DNA of 64,000 nucleotides from Raillietiella orientalis (Eukaryota): the NCBI GenBank assembly GCA_036172245.1, contig JAYWIR010000001.1, forward strand, positions 496,001-560,000, read 5' to 3'. Made by a program: the position numbers and the translations under genes. Shown in pieces: positions 47,601-59,600 of the stretch. The notes under the pieces were generated by a model that saw only the letters and a list, made by a program, of their open reading frames with translations, was not told the DNA's origin and searched no databases. Numbering within the stretch: the stretch's first letter is position 1; the number at the start of each line of letters is the position of its first letter.

Positions 47601-50600
47601 CTCTTTCGGAGGCAACAGGTCGAAGGAGCCTCTGCTACCGCTCTTCCCACCCGCTGATACGCCTGCTGTTCGAGGCAGAATCGCGTCTCATCTTCTGGAA
47701 AGACAAACGAAGGAGGAAAAAAACATCCAGCAACAGGCTCGGAAAGCACGGGAGCAGCAGATGTCTTCCGGGGAACGCTCGAGGGTCCAGTGAGCAGGGA
47801 GCACCCGCGGGTAGAACAGAGGGCAAACGCGGAGGCACCACAGGAAGGCGCTGAAAAAGAGCCCGGAAAGCCACACTCAGAAGGGAGGTACACCACGGCC
47901 GCCGGCCCTCACCGCGCTTCCGAGAGGGGCGTCCGTCTCGGAGGCGGCCGCGACGAACTCTGCGGCGGCGCTGTCGTCGTGGACATCCGGCATTGGATGG
48001 CGCAGGCGCTGTCCTCCGTCCTTCCTCTTAGAGGGTTCAGTCACCTCAGCAGATGCGGGAAGCTTCCCCTCGCTTCTCCGCGATGGATGCTGGGATCTAC
48101 GGAAGTGTCCAGGCCTAATCCTCGAGACGACCGGCGCCTCCATGAAGCTCGCCGCGACCCTCCGCCTCGTCGCAGCACTGAGACACCTCCAGGAGACAAA
48201 CCTCGCCGCGATGGACCTACTGCTGATCGACCTTGGTGACCACCACTCACTTGCTAAGGCTGGAGACTCGCCCCAGCGGTAGGGTCGCAGTGGTCTCGCA
48301 TCACAAGGGACGACTCGAAGGAGGAAGTAGGGAGGGAGAGGAGGAAAAGGGAAGAGAGAGAAGAGGATGAGGAAAAAGGGAGGAAGAAAGGAGGAGGATG
48401 GAAGGAGAGGAGCAGGAGCAGGAGGAAGAAAAGACGACGAGGAAGGGGGGAAAGGAGGAGGGGGAGGAATAAGGAAGATGGAAAAGAGTAGGAAATGGGA
48501 AGAGGAAAGAGGAAGGGAAGAGGATAGGGAACATGACCTGCGAACCCCACATTGGTCCGTCTGCATGCACCTCGGCTCCTTTGCGAAGCGAAAGTGCTAA
48601 GGGCCAACTGCATCCCGATTTTCATTGCAGGAGCAGGATGGTCTTTTGCTGCGCCATCTTGCTTTCCATCTCTTCCACGATCTGGGTTCCTCACGCTGCC
48701 TCTTCTTGGTTTCGGGACTCTATGGAACCCAGACTTCCCAAGGACAAGACTGACCTGCCGGGACTGCCCTCATTGCCAGCACTTCGGGAACCACGAAGAA
48801 AAGTGCAAAAGGAGAGTTTCTTTTCTTCGACACGCTACACACGACTTCCTTCTCAAGTGTGACAATCCCTCCAGAGAGCTGCAGCAGTTCTTCCCGAAGA
48901 AACGCCGCGTCTCGGAGCCGATCTGCACCGTGCCGCAAGAGGACGCACCATTGGTGCAGGGGGCTGGGAAGAGAAAGAAGACGTCCTCAGGCTGTCCGCC
49001 AATGTTCCTGACGCAGGGGAGGCTGCGAGGGCGAACGCGCGGAAGAAAACATCTTCGTCCCCCCTGTCGGCGGTCGTGTGCGTTTGTCAGCCGGTCCTCA
49101 AAACAGCCGCGGCGGGTCACGAGATTTCCTCTCCGGAGGAGCGGAAGAGGAAGCTCGTCATCCCCCCAGACATTATCCTCCGGATCAATTCAGAGTCTGC
49201 TGGGAACGTCCCGCGGCTTGCCCTGCCCTTGAACTGATTCGCGGCGTCCCGTCGAGGGAGGAGGAAAGCGGAAGCCGGCGGCGGCAAGCCGTGCCTCGCA
49301 GGGACGCAACCGTCGATCCCTCGGGCGCGCGAGGACAGTGAGAGGGGGAGGAGAATCGTCGTACCTCCCTCCCGATGAGCGGGAGGAGTATTGACGCCCT
49401 GGATCTCTGTCTTCTGGCGACGTTTCCGGTGCCACCACCCGAAAGATGGTGGTGGCCGCCTGATCCTCGGCGGTGGCACACCCAGTACCAGCGCCGAAGG
49501 TCAGGAGGCACCGGCTGCCAAGCGAGCCACCGTCTTATCCTCTGGGGAAAGGCAGAAGATTCCTCTCTCTTCGTTCCCTGGATGATGGCAGCATTCCCGG
49601 TCCTGGAGGAAGAGAACGCACGCGGCGGCGAAAGACCGTTCTCCCCTCCCCTAGGGAGGCACGGGAATCTCCCTACCATGCTGCCAGTGGAATCCTCTAG
49701 AGGGGGAGGGGGTCAGAAGGAGATGCCTAGTCCCCGGCCTGGTGCTCATGATCGACGTGTCCCCTGGGAAGATAGGAGGTCCCGCGCGCCGCCTCGAGGC
49801 GCCCCCTGTTCGCCCTGGTCCTGAGCGGCGTTCTCCCCCCCTCATTGATTGATGAGCCTCTTGCGTTGCCGAAAGCAACTGGGCGTTTCCATGTCGTAAG
49901 GGGAGGAGGCAGACCTCCCGGGGCTGTCGGTCGCTTGGCAGCCTGGTTCGATGAGCCTGCTGACTTCGGGGACTCTCTTCTCACGGGCTCAGGCACGTGC
50001 ACGTGATGCACAGGGATCCCACCCACCCCACACTTGGAATGGAAGCCGCGCCAGCTGCCATTCTGGGGGAGGATTCCCCCACCCCCGCATGCTCGCTTCG
50101 CGTTGCCGCCTGTGCTCAAGGGAAGGTGGTGTCTTCTTCGCATCTTCAGCTCCGCGGAGGAGGCGAAGAGACGCGTCCGCTGTCCCCAACGGCTACCAGG
50201 GCGCCGTGCGTCACCGCGCCGCGTACATTCATGTACAAAGGGGATGTATTGATTGTACTTCATGCTTTGAAGGGGAAGTTCTTCCACTGCACCGATCCTT
50301 CCAAGTCGACGGAGGCAGAGTGTAGGTAATTGTTCCTTGGCTGCCCCGCTGTGGGGGCTGGCCGGCCCTCACCCGTCGGGGTCCCCCTAAGCGTTTCCTG
50401 CGACTGCCCTGTCTCTCCCTTAAGAGGACACTTCATTGTTTACGAGGATGGAGACATCAACCAGCCGGTGGTCGAAGAGAGGGAGTGGCTGAGGAATGAA
50501 TTCAACTTCGACGACGTCAGCAAGGCCATGCTCACCCTCTTCACCGTCTCCACCTTCGAAGGATGGCCGGCGTGAGTCGCGCTCACCCTCCCGCCATTTT

Positions 50601-53600
50601 CCTTTTTCCTTTTTTTCTGCTCGTTCGTTCTTGTGTCCCGCGTTCGCTCTCTCCCCGAGGGTTTGTCGAGGAAGCCGTCTTCGACTGCGCCATCAGAAGG
50701 AGCGCGCAGGCGTCTCGGGACAGCGAGAAAACCGCGGTGGTGAAAAACTATCGTTCCGCAGTAACTTCCCGAGACGTGGCGCCGCGCTGCACTGGGTCCT
50801 AGCCACGTGGTGCCGTTCTCCTCCAGGTCGGAGAGTGGCAGCGCTGCTCTTCGTTAGCCCCAGAGATGGGTGGCCGCTCTCCTTCAGGTTGGAGATATGT
50901 GGCGCTGCTTTTCGCAACTTTCGAGAGATGTGGCACCTTCTCTCCGCCGGCAGCCAGCTCCCATGGAAAATCTTCACGAATAATGGTATCCCCTCCCTCT
51001 AAAATGCGCCATCGTTATCGCCGATGGCACTCCATCCCAAGCACAGAATCCTTGGGAAGTGATGCTGGGATCATCTGAGAACACATCTCACCCTCCGCGG
51101 AAATGCGATCCTTATTGTATTAGGAGATGGAGCTCTGGAGCCTCCTCATTCCTGGAGAACATCCTTAAGAACGAGAGATCGGTGTCCCATGCTCTCACGA
51201 ACCCTCCTGTTTCTATGGAGTCAGTCCGAAGTGTCCTGTTTCCTCATGCTCAACAGAAGTCAAACCGTCGGAGGGGCAGGGATTGAAGTCAGGAAATTCC
51301 GAGAGCGCCCGCTTCGGCTCCAAAACCCGCGACCGTACCACCGCGAGCACCCGTTCTCTCCGCCTGCTCCAAGGCTACCTGCTTCGCCTTTCGTCCACAA
51401 GGGAGGGCTGCAAGCTGTGGCCGACGGAGGGAAGCGGAACAGTGCAGAGACAGAGCCCTCCGCCACAGCCTGGGGCGAACAGGAACGCTGCCTTCCCGGG
51501 ACGCGAAGCGACGTTGTCTGCCGCGCACGCCTCGCTGATCCGTCCGAAGGAAGAGCCGGGAAAAGGGGGAGGTGTCTGACCTCTGCATTCCCTCTGGGCG
51601 CAGCTCCGGAGCGGAAGGACTGGGCATCCGCGGGCGTCGCGCGCGCGCGGAGCGTCTTTCGACGAGCAGAACGGCAGGGGCTGGCAGACCGCGGGTGCCA
51701 CTGCACCCCTCCGGAGCGCTCTCCTAACAGCCCTGTGACGCCGGTTTCGCGCTGCCCGGTTCGCAGGGAACCTCCACGTCGCCTTGGCGGGCGGAGGTGC
51801 GCATAGCCAAGGCGACCTCTCCGCTCCTTTCTTCCAACTCCCGCGCGTTCCTCTGTCTCCCCGCAGCCTGCTGTACACCTCCATCGACAGCCACACGGAG
51901 GACATGGGACCCATCCATAACTACCGCCCGTTCGTGGCAGTCTACTACTTCATCTTCATCATTATCATCGCCTTCTTCATGGTGAACATCTTCGTGGGAT
52001 TCGTCATTGTCACCTTCCAGAACGAGGGCGAGCAGGAGTACAAGAATTGCGAGCTGGACAAGAACCAGGTCATTACAGAGGTCCCTGGGCGCCCCGGCGC
52101 CGTCCCCTCCTCTATGTCCCCTTCTCTTTCCCTCCAGAGAAACTGCATCGAGTTCGCGCTCAAGGCGAAGCCAGTCCGCAGGTACATCCCGAAGCACCGG
52201 CTGCAGTACAAGGTCTGGTGGTTCGTCACCTCGCAGCCCTTCGAGTATATCATCTTCGTCCTCATCATCATCAACACCATCACGCTGGCTATGAAGTTCT
52301 ACGGCCAGTCACCTCGCTACACCAAGTCCCTGGATGTCCTCAACATGATCTTCACCTCGGTCTTTGCCATGGAGTTCGTCCTCAAGGTGGTGGCCTTCCG
52401 GTTCAAGGTCCGTCCTCTTTCCTCCTCCGCCTCCACCCCGGCCGCTTCCTTCCAGAACTACTTCGGCGACGCCTGGAACGTCTTCGACTTCATCATCGTG
52501 CTGGGCAGCTTCATCGACATCGTCTACTCGGAGGTCAACGTGAGTTATCCGCCGGGTCACCCCGAGAGGGGAAGGAGGAATCAGCGGCGCGATGTCCCCT
52601 CCTGCCTTGCAGCCCGGCTCCAACATCATCTCCATCAACTTCTTCCGGCTGTTTCGCGTGATGAGACTCATTAAGCTGCTCAGCAGGGGCGAAGGCATCC
52701 GCACGCTTCTGTGGACGTTCATCAAATCCTTCCAGGCGCTCCCGTACGTGGCGCTGCTCATCGTCATGCTGTTCTTCATCTACGCGGTCATCGGGATGCA
52801 GGTCGGGTCCCGGGTGCGCTTGAGAGGGGGGGAGGGGAAAGAGGGAACGCCGACCCGCCTCGCTCAACCCGACCTCCGCCTCCCGCTGCAGGTCTTCGGC
52901 AGGATAGCCCTGGACCCGGACACACAGATCCACAGGAACAACAACTTCCAGACCTTCCCCCAGGCGGTGCTCGTGCTATTCCGCTCGGCCACGGGGGAAG
53001 CATGGCAGGAGATCATGCTGTCCTGCACGGGACGCCCCGAGGTCAAGTGCGACGCTAAGAGCGAGGACTCCAGCCCCCAGGGGTGCGGCTCCGACTTCGC
53101 TTTCCCCTACTTCATCAGCTTCTACGTCCTTTGCTCCTTCCTGGTCATCAACCTCTTCGTTGCCGTTATCATGGACAACTTCGACTACTTGACCAGGGAC
53201 TGGTCCATCCTCGGGCCGCACCACCTGGACGAGTTCGTCAGGCTGTGGAGCGAGTACGATCCCGACGCCAAGGGCCGCATCAAGCACCTGGACGTCGTCA
53301 ACCTGCTCAGGAAGATCACCCCGCCCCTAGGATTCGGGAAGCTGTGTCCGCACCGCGTGGCCTGCAAGGTGAGAGCAGCGGAGGTGCCAACGCCCGCACT
53401 TTTCTCCCCTTCGCCCTGGGAACGGGAGGCGCTGGTCGGCGAAGAGGAAGCGGAAAGGGGTCAGACCTGTGACGTCGCTTCCACGGGCAATGACCTTTCC
53501 CCTCCTCCCTTCCTCGTGCTATTCCTCCTTCCTTCCTCCATCTCCCTCTCCCTCTTCCTACTTTTCCGCCCTTCCTCTCCTTCTCCTCCTCACTTCCTTC

Positions 53601-56600
53601 TCTTCCTCGTCCTCCTCTCTTCCGCTTTTTGCTCTGTTCCTCTAGTTTCTCCTTCCTTCTTTCTTCTTTCTTATTCCTCCTACCTCCTTCCTCCTTTTCT
53701 CCTCTTCCTATCCTCTTTTATCCTCCTCCTTCTTCCCCTTCTTCCCTTTCTCTCTTCTCCTCTTCCTTCTCCTCCCTTTCTCTTCTTCCTCCGGCTCCCT
53801 TCCTTCTTCTCCTTTCCACCCCCCTCCTTCGGTTGGAAGTCGCGCGCTTCCCCCCTCCCACGAAAAAAAGAGGCGAGAGATGTTCCTCTCCGGTTCCCTA
53901 GCGACTGGTCTCCATGAACATGCCGCTGAACAGCGACGGCACGGTCATGTTCAACGCCACCCTCTTCGCCCTAGTCAGGACGTCGCTGAAGATCAAGACC
54001 GACGGAAACATCGACGAGGCGAACGAGGAACTGAGGACAGTCATCAAGAAGATCTGGAAGCGGACCAGCCCCGTCCTCCTGGACCAGGTCGTCCCTCCTG
54101 CCGGAAGTGCGTATGACGGCGGCGCCCGCTGCACCTCCCTCCGGGAGCGGGAGCAGCGCCCCATCCTCTTCTTTTCTCCCCCTCCAGATGACGACGACGT
54201 CACCGTTGGGAAGTTCTACGCGACCTTCCTCATTCAGGACTACTTCCGCCGCTTCAAGAAGAAGAAGGAGGAGTCCCAGAACGGGACGAAGCAGGTCGAG
54301 AACACGGCGGTGACCCTGCAGGCGGGCCTGAGGACCCTGCACGAGGCCGGGCCGGAGCTCAAGAGGGCCATCTCCGGGAATCTGGACGAGATGATCGACG
54401 ACCCGGAACCCATGCACAGGGTAAGTCCCGGACCCTCCCCGACCGGAGTCCTGGCCGTTCGAGAGCCCAAGGTCAGCCTGACCAGGAGGGGCCTTGGTGG
54501 GGCCCGCCTGGAGAGAGATCTTCTTCCGTGGCCCTGGAGGAGCCACGCCGCGCCCCTCAGCGCTTCCCCAGGGACCAGAAGGTGTCAGAGTGGTGCATCG
54601 GGGTGCTCCTTCCTCCCTTCCCCCCCATGGAGCACTGATCGCTCCTGAGGGAGGAAGACCGCCCCCCCGCTCCCTTCCACGCACGCGCCTTTGCTCCGGG
54701 GTGACCGCACCCTATTCAGGCTTCTCCTACATCCCCGTTCCCATTGCTCGCGTGCTCCCCGGGATGCTCCCGGCTCCTCGCTCACCTCCCGATGGCTTAC
54801 GCTCTTCCCTCGGAAGAGATGAGCGGCCGTGCAGAAGCAGCACCGCTCTGCGACCAGCGAGCACGCCCCAAACTGAAAAACAAAAAAAGCCAAAGCAACT
54901 GACATTGGGGCGTTTTTTTTCTCGTAGAGGAACCACTCCTTGTTTGGTAACGTGTGGTCGTCCCTGAAGTCCCGAAGCCGCAAGCTGCGCTCCACCAACC
55001 TGGAAGGCAAGGAAACGCTCCGGGTAAGTTTCCGGTGCGCCCGCCTCGTGGGCACTCGGAAGGAGCCATCTCGAAGGCACCCCGCCCCAGAGCACGGAGA
55101 CCGGGTGCCTGCAGAGGGCGCCCTTGCGTGACAGGCCTCCTCTGCAGGCACTCCGTTGCCGCGGACTCAAAGGTGCTGAAGGAACTGCGGACGAAAGCTC
55201 CCACGGCTGCAGACTCCGTCGGCGCGCGGCACCGAGTGGTCGCGGGTTCGAATCCCGCCTGGGGAGGAAGGGTCAACGCCGACAAAGGAGGGGTGCGTCG
55301 TTGTGGGTTGCGAGTCCAACCCCCCACAGGATGGCGCTGGTTGGCCTCGGTTGGCTTCGGGAGAGGCACCGGTGGAAGCCGGATGCCTGCTTTGAGTGAC
55401 CTCCGAAACTGGAAGTGGGCATTAGGGAGCCCTTCGGAGATCCCCTCCGGTTATGAGGATGGAGCCGTTATTACCATAGAGCTGGTTGGTTGATGCCTCT
55501 CCAGAGTGTCAGGAGCGCGCTGCTCTTCCGGGTCCACTTCAGAGGAAGAGGAAGGAAGGGACGGTTCCCTTGAGGTTTCCCTCTGGAGAAGAAGCGAGGA
55601 AGAACCCCACAAAACGGAGGATCCCTCCCGTGAGAATAAGGAAGTGACTCCCTTAAAGGTTTCCTCTTAGGGGTGAGAAAACCGGACTTTCCTTCCTCCG
55701 GAGTATTCCTGGATTTACAGGGTGGTCCTTAAGGGGTTTTCCCCCCTTCACTCCCAAACTGAAAGGTTACGCCCCCCTTTGGGTGGTGTAGGAGGCGTCA
55801 GAGAGATTCGTGAGCCCTCCACCGAGGAGGCGGGTGGTCCTTCATCACTTCTTGGGAACTCCAAAGCAGAAAAGCAAGAAGGAAAGCAGAGAAACAGGAG
55901 AGCCCCAAAGGATAGCTGTCATCCCAGGCCCCCTGGTTACTACCTCCCGTGAGGTTGCTACCGGCCTTCTTTAAAAATGTCCATTCATAAAACAAGAACA
56001 GCAACAAAACAACGGTTCTTCTTTTGGAGCGAAGAAGATGAGCACTCCAGAGCAGCTTTTCCTAACGAATCCCTCTTCCCGTATTTATCTCAGACGGCTT
56101 CCTCGCCCTGTATCTGTCCTATCACAGAATACGTCCGTCGGACACATTACGTCCTATGACGTAATGTGTCCTGCTTACTTGTCCTCAGATGACTCCCTTT
56201 TCCCTCGGATCGGGTAACCGAAATTGCGGTGCTCCAGCATAGTGACGGAAGTCTGCGACCGACTACTGGGCGTGGCGCGCGTGAAGTAGCGACCACTTCT
56301 CAGACCCATGGTCAGCGCGCCCTCCGAGGTCGCGCGCGGTGACCGACCGGGGCGAATGCGCAGATCCAGAGGGCGGACGATGCCGAACGCCATCCGCGAT
56401 CCCACTTTTCCCGAACCGCTCGCAAGGAAAAGGCGGCGAAATCCACGCGGCGGACCTCTGGCCCGTCGGCGGGCAGATCAGGGAACGCATCCAGGCATCC
56501 TCGGCTCAGCTGGGAGCCTCCCTTCGAGAGTTCCGGTTCTCCTGAGCCCGCTTCCATCCACGCCGGTCCGGACGGGGAAGCAAGGAAGGAGAAAAACCCA

Positions 56601-59600
56601 TTTGTGGAAGACCCACTCGAGCAGAGGCAAGTCGCCAGCTCCCTCGCGGACAGGACGCGCCGCCCCTCTCCCCAATTCCACTATGCACGGGATAGGTGTC
56701 CCGACACTCCCGATCGGGAAGCTCTCGACGTTGCTGCGGTCGAGACATGGAAGTGTCCGGTGGTTTCTTGCCTCGGCTCGCAGCTTGGCAGGGGCTCGAG
56801 CTCTTTGATCTCGCCCATTGGGATCCGCGCTGCCCTGGCTCCGACGGGGCACCAACTTGCCTCCCCACGCGCGAGGAGGCCTCCACGTAGCCACGCCCGC
56901 GAGCCGAGGGCTCAGCTCGTCCTGCAGGGTGCCCCAGGAGCGAAGAATTGGGGAGCACAGGACGCGGGACGCTCCCAAACCTGCGATGCGACCTGGGGAT
57001 TCGCTGCCGAATAGGCCGCGCCGCGTCGTCTCTGCGGAGTCAGGGTCTCGCGGCCGGTCACACGACCCCGGCGTCTTAGCCGCCGCCCTCTTGAGCGCCT
57101 CTCGGGGAGTCGGAGTGTCTGAGGGCGCCGGTTTTTCCATATAAAGCACCCTGAAAGCTCTAATGTTGCTTCTTATGTTTTCAGGTTACAGCGCCTCTGG
57201 TGTTTCCGACTGAAATTGTAAGTGCTCGTCCACTGTGTTCAACACCTCCCGTTGATTCACAAAGCTCTGCATTCCAATGCTTTCCCCAGCGGTTCCTTGT
57301 TCCGGCATTTATCCTCAGATGCCTTCCTCTTCCCATATTCATCCTCGGGCTCGCTTCGTCTTCCTGCATCTGTCCTCAGACCGTTCCTTTTTCCAGTATT
57401 TATCCTCAGACTGTTTCCTCTTCCTGTAACTGTGATCATAAGGTCTCCTCTTCCTTTATTGATCCTCATACGGTTTCCTCTTCCTGTTTCTGTCCTCGAG
57501 CGATTTTTGTCTTCCCGTATTTATCCTCACATGGGTTTTTCTCCTGCTCTGATCCTCTTATGGTTTTGTGTTCCCGTTTCTCCCTTAGATGGTTTCCTCT
57601 TTCTGTGTCTGTTCTCAGCGGGTTTTCTTCTTCTCCTTGGACATTGCCCATTCTTCATATTCTCCAGGTAAAGAAACTGAATCTCGCAATGAATCGGAAG
57701 ACGGTAGCCTTGGTTACGCACCACCGTTTCCACTTTCGTGCACTTGCAGCAAAAGAATGGTATGGGCGGGCGGTCACACTCGTAGGGCTCAAGAGGCACA
57801 CAATTCACGAGTCGAGGTGATTTTGTTCCATTCAGGAGAGGATACCACACGAGATGTGCCGTTTGAATGAATCCTTCTCTTTCCTGGCGCTGCGGATCAT
57901 CCCAGCAAGGAACCCAAAACTCCATCCGTAACTATGGATTCTGGTTTGCGAACCAGCTGCGTTTCGGCAGAGATTCTGGTAGCACCGGAAAGCTCACCGG
58001 GCGTTTCCGAAAGAATGAGATCTCGTGGCACAGTCTCCCCTTCCCCCCCCCGTCCATTATTTTATCTTTCCAGGGACATGAGGAGGGAGGCAGTCTGATT
58101 GAGAAGGAACCCAATTCCGGCAGAGGAACAGTCGTTTCAGCATAATGAGATTTTTCACAGTTGCGATTCATTCAACAAATCAGGTGGCTCCGAAGTGACG
58201 ATGGCTCAAGGAGACTCCTCTGTCCTTGGGATGAGTTTCCTTTGCAGGAGCATCCTGCAGGCGCTTCTTTCTCAGCCTTTCTTCTCCTTTCATGGCCGAT
58301 TCTTCTCGATTCTTCTCAGCTCTTTGGCTCGGTTGTCGAGCCAAAGAGCTGAGAAGTCTGAAGGTCTCTGACCTTCGCAATTCTCAGGTCGAGTTTCCAA
58401 GACTCTTAGGCGGATGCGGAGCTCAAGGAAGGATTGACCGAATTCCTGGACACGTCTCCTATTTTCACACTCCTATTTCTTACGCTCCTCATGTCCTCAT
58501 GCAGTCTGTGATTCTCCATCGAACGAAAGAGAGCCGTTCTGTGTTTCCATTGATCTGTTTCCCGACAGCGGAACCAAGGTAGCGTCCACGTGCCGCATCC
58601 AAATGAGCCGATCTTTCCGTGCAACCACGGGCCGGGCGGTTCTTATCAGTCTCAGCAAACGAAGTTACAGAAGGACTAATCGAACGCATCTCCAACTCAT
58701 CTTGAGACTCCTGGAAGGATCAGCGCATTTGCATACGGCACGTGAATGCGAGCTCCGCTGCCGTCCGCAAGATCCCCTGATAAGTCACCGGCAGAGGGCC
58801 GTTCCCGGCTTCCTAAATCCCCATGTGGACGTCGAAATTCCGTCGCTCCTCCTGTGGGTAGTGGGCACGGACTTGGCCGTCGGTGCGTGCCCTTTTCATC
58901 TGTATCTTCTTCCTGTCCTCTCATGTCGCATCAGCTGTTTACCATCTTTTCATCTGCCTCCCTGCAAGACCATGCGCCGACACCGCCTTGACTTCAAGCA
59001 AAGTGGCGTTCGCAAAGAACCTTCGAGGATCTTCGAGCTCTTTTTTTCCTTCCACGCATGCACGAGAACGGCGGTCACAGAGCTCAGATGACCCGCTAGA
59101 CGCACGGTGAACAACGAGGAGAGAGGGTACACGGAAGAGGCGAATGGCAGAGGGATGGAAGAGTCCTCAAGCTGTTGAAAGCGAGCATCGAAGAGCTGCT
59201 TTTCATATACCCTCATTACTGACCCTGATTTTTTTTGGTTTGTCCTTACGTCTTCCCCCCTCCTCCCTCTTCCCTCTCTCTCTTTTATGCTGCTTGCAGT
59301 CCAAGTCGAGGATCACGAACTCCTCCCTTCTCTTCCTCCTCACCCCGAAGACTCATGGTTTTCCTCCACCTTGCAGATCTCTCCCGTTGCCGACGCAATA
59401 AGCATCCTGTCCACATCGGATGGAAAATTCGATGCAAACCATCATCTGGGAGAACACCCGGAAAAGTACGTGACCGTTTGGCTTTTTCGTCTCCGCAACG
59501 ATGCATTCGCTCAGCATCCGAGAATCTCCCGCCTCGGTCGATTCTCGGAAGCGCGCGCGATTTTTCCCACATTTTTCCCACTCTTTGCCTGTCAGCACCG

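Noticed and set aside
4913..52539. Mutually exclusive duplicate exons as in vertebrate 8/8a, 21/22 and 31/32
   Set aside because: I saw only one copy of each; a tBLASTn of exons against introns would be needed to exclude diverged duplicates
54232..54243. Cav1.3-style IQ recoding by A-to-I editing
   Set aside because: The Ile codon is ATT rather than ATA and no editing-complementary sequence was identified nearby
55200..55270. tRNA gene (also at 10145 and 25367)
   Set aside because: Only a B-box/T-arm is evident, no full cloverleaf, and it is attached to a repeated SINE-like body
57291..57635. CRISPR-like array or prokaryotic system
   Set aside because: Degenerate tandem units without unique spacers; eukaryotic intron context and no cas genes
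57645..57675. Recursive splice (ratchet) site tctccag|gtaaag
   Set aside because: The intron is only ~2 kb and the motif sits in a LINE-like remnant; no supporting evidence
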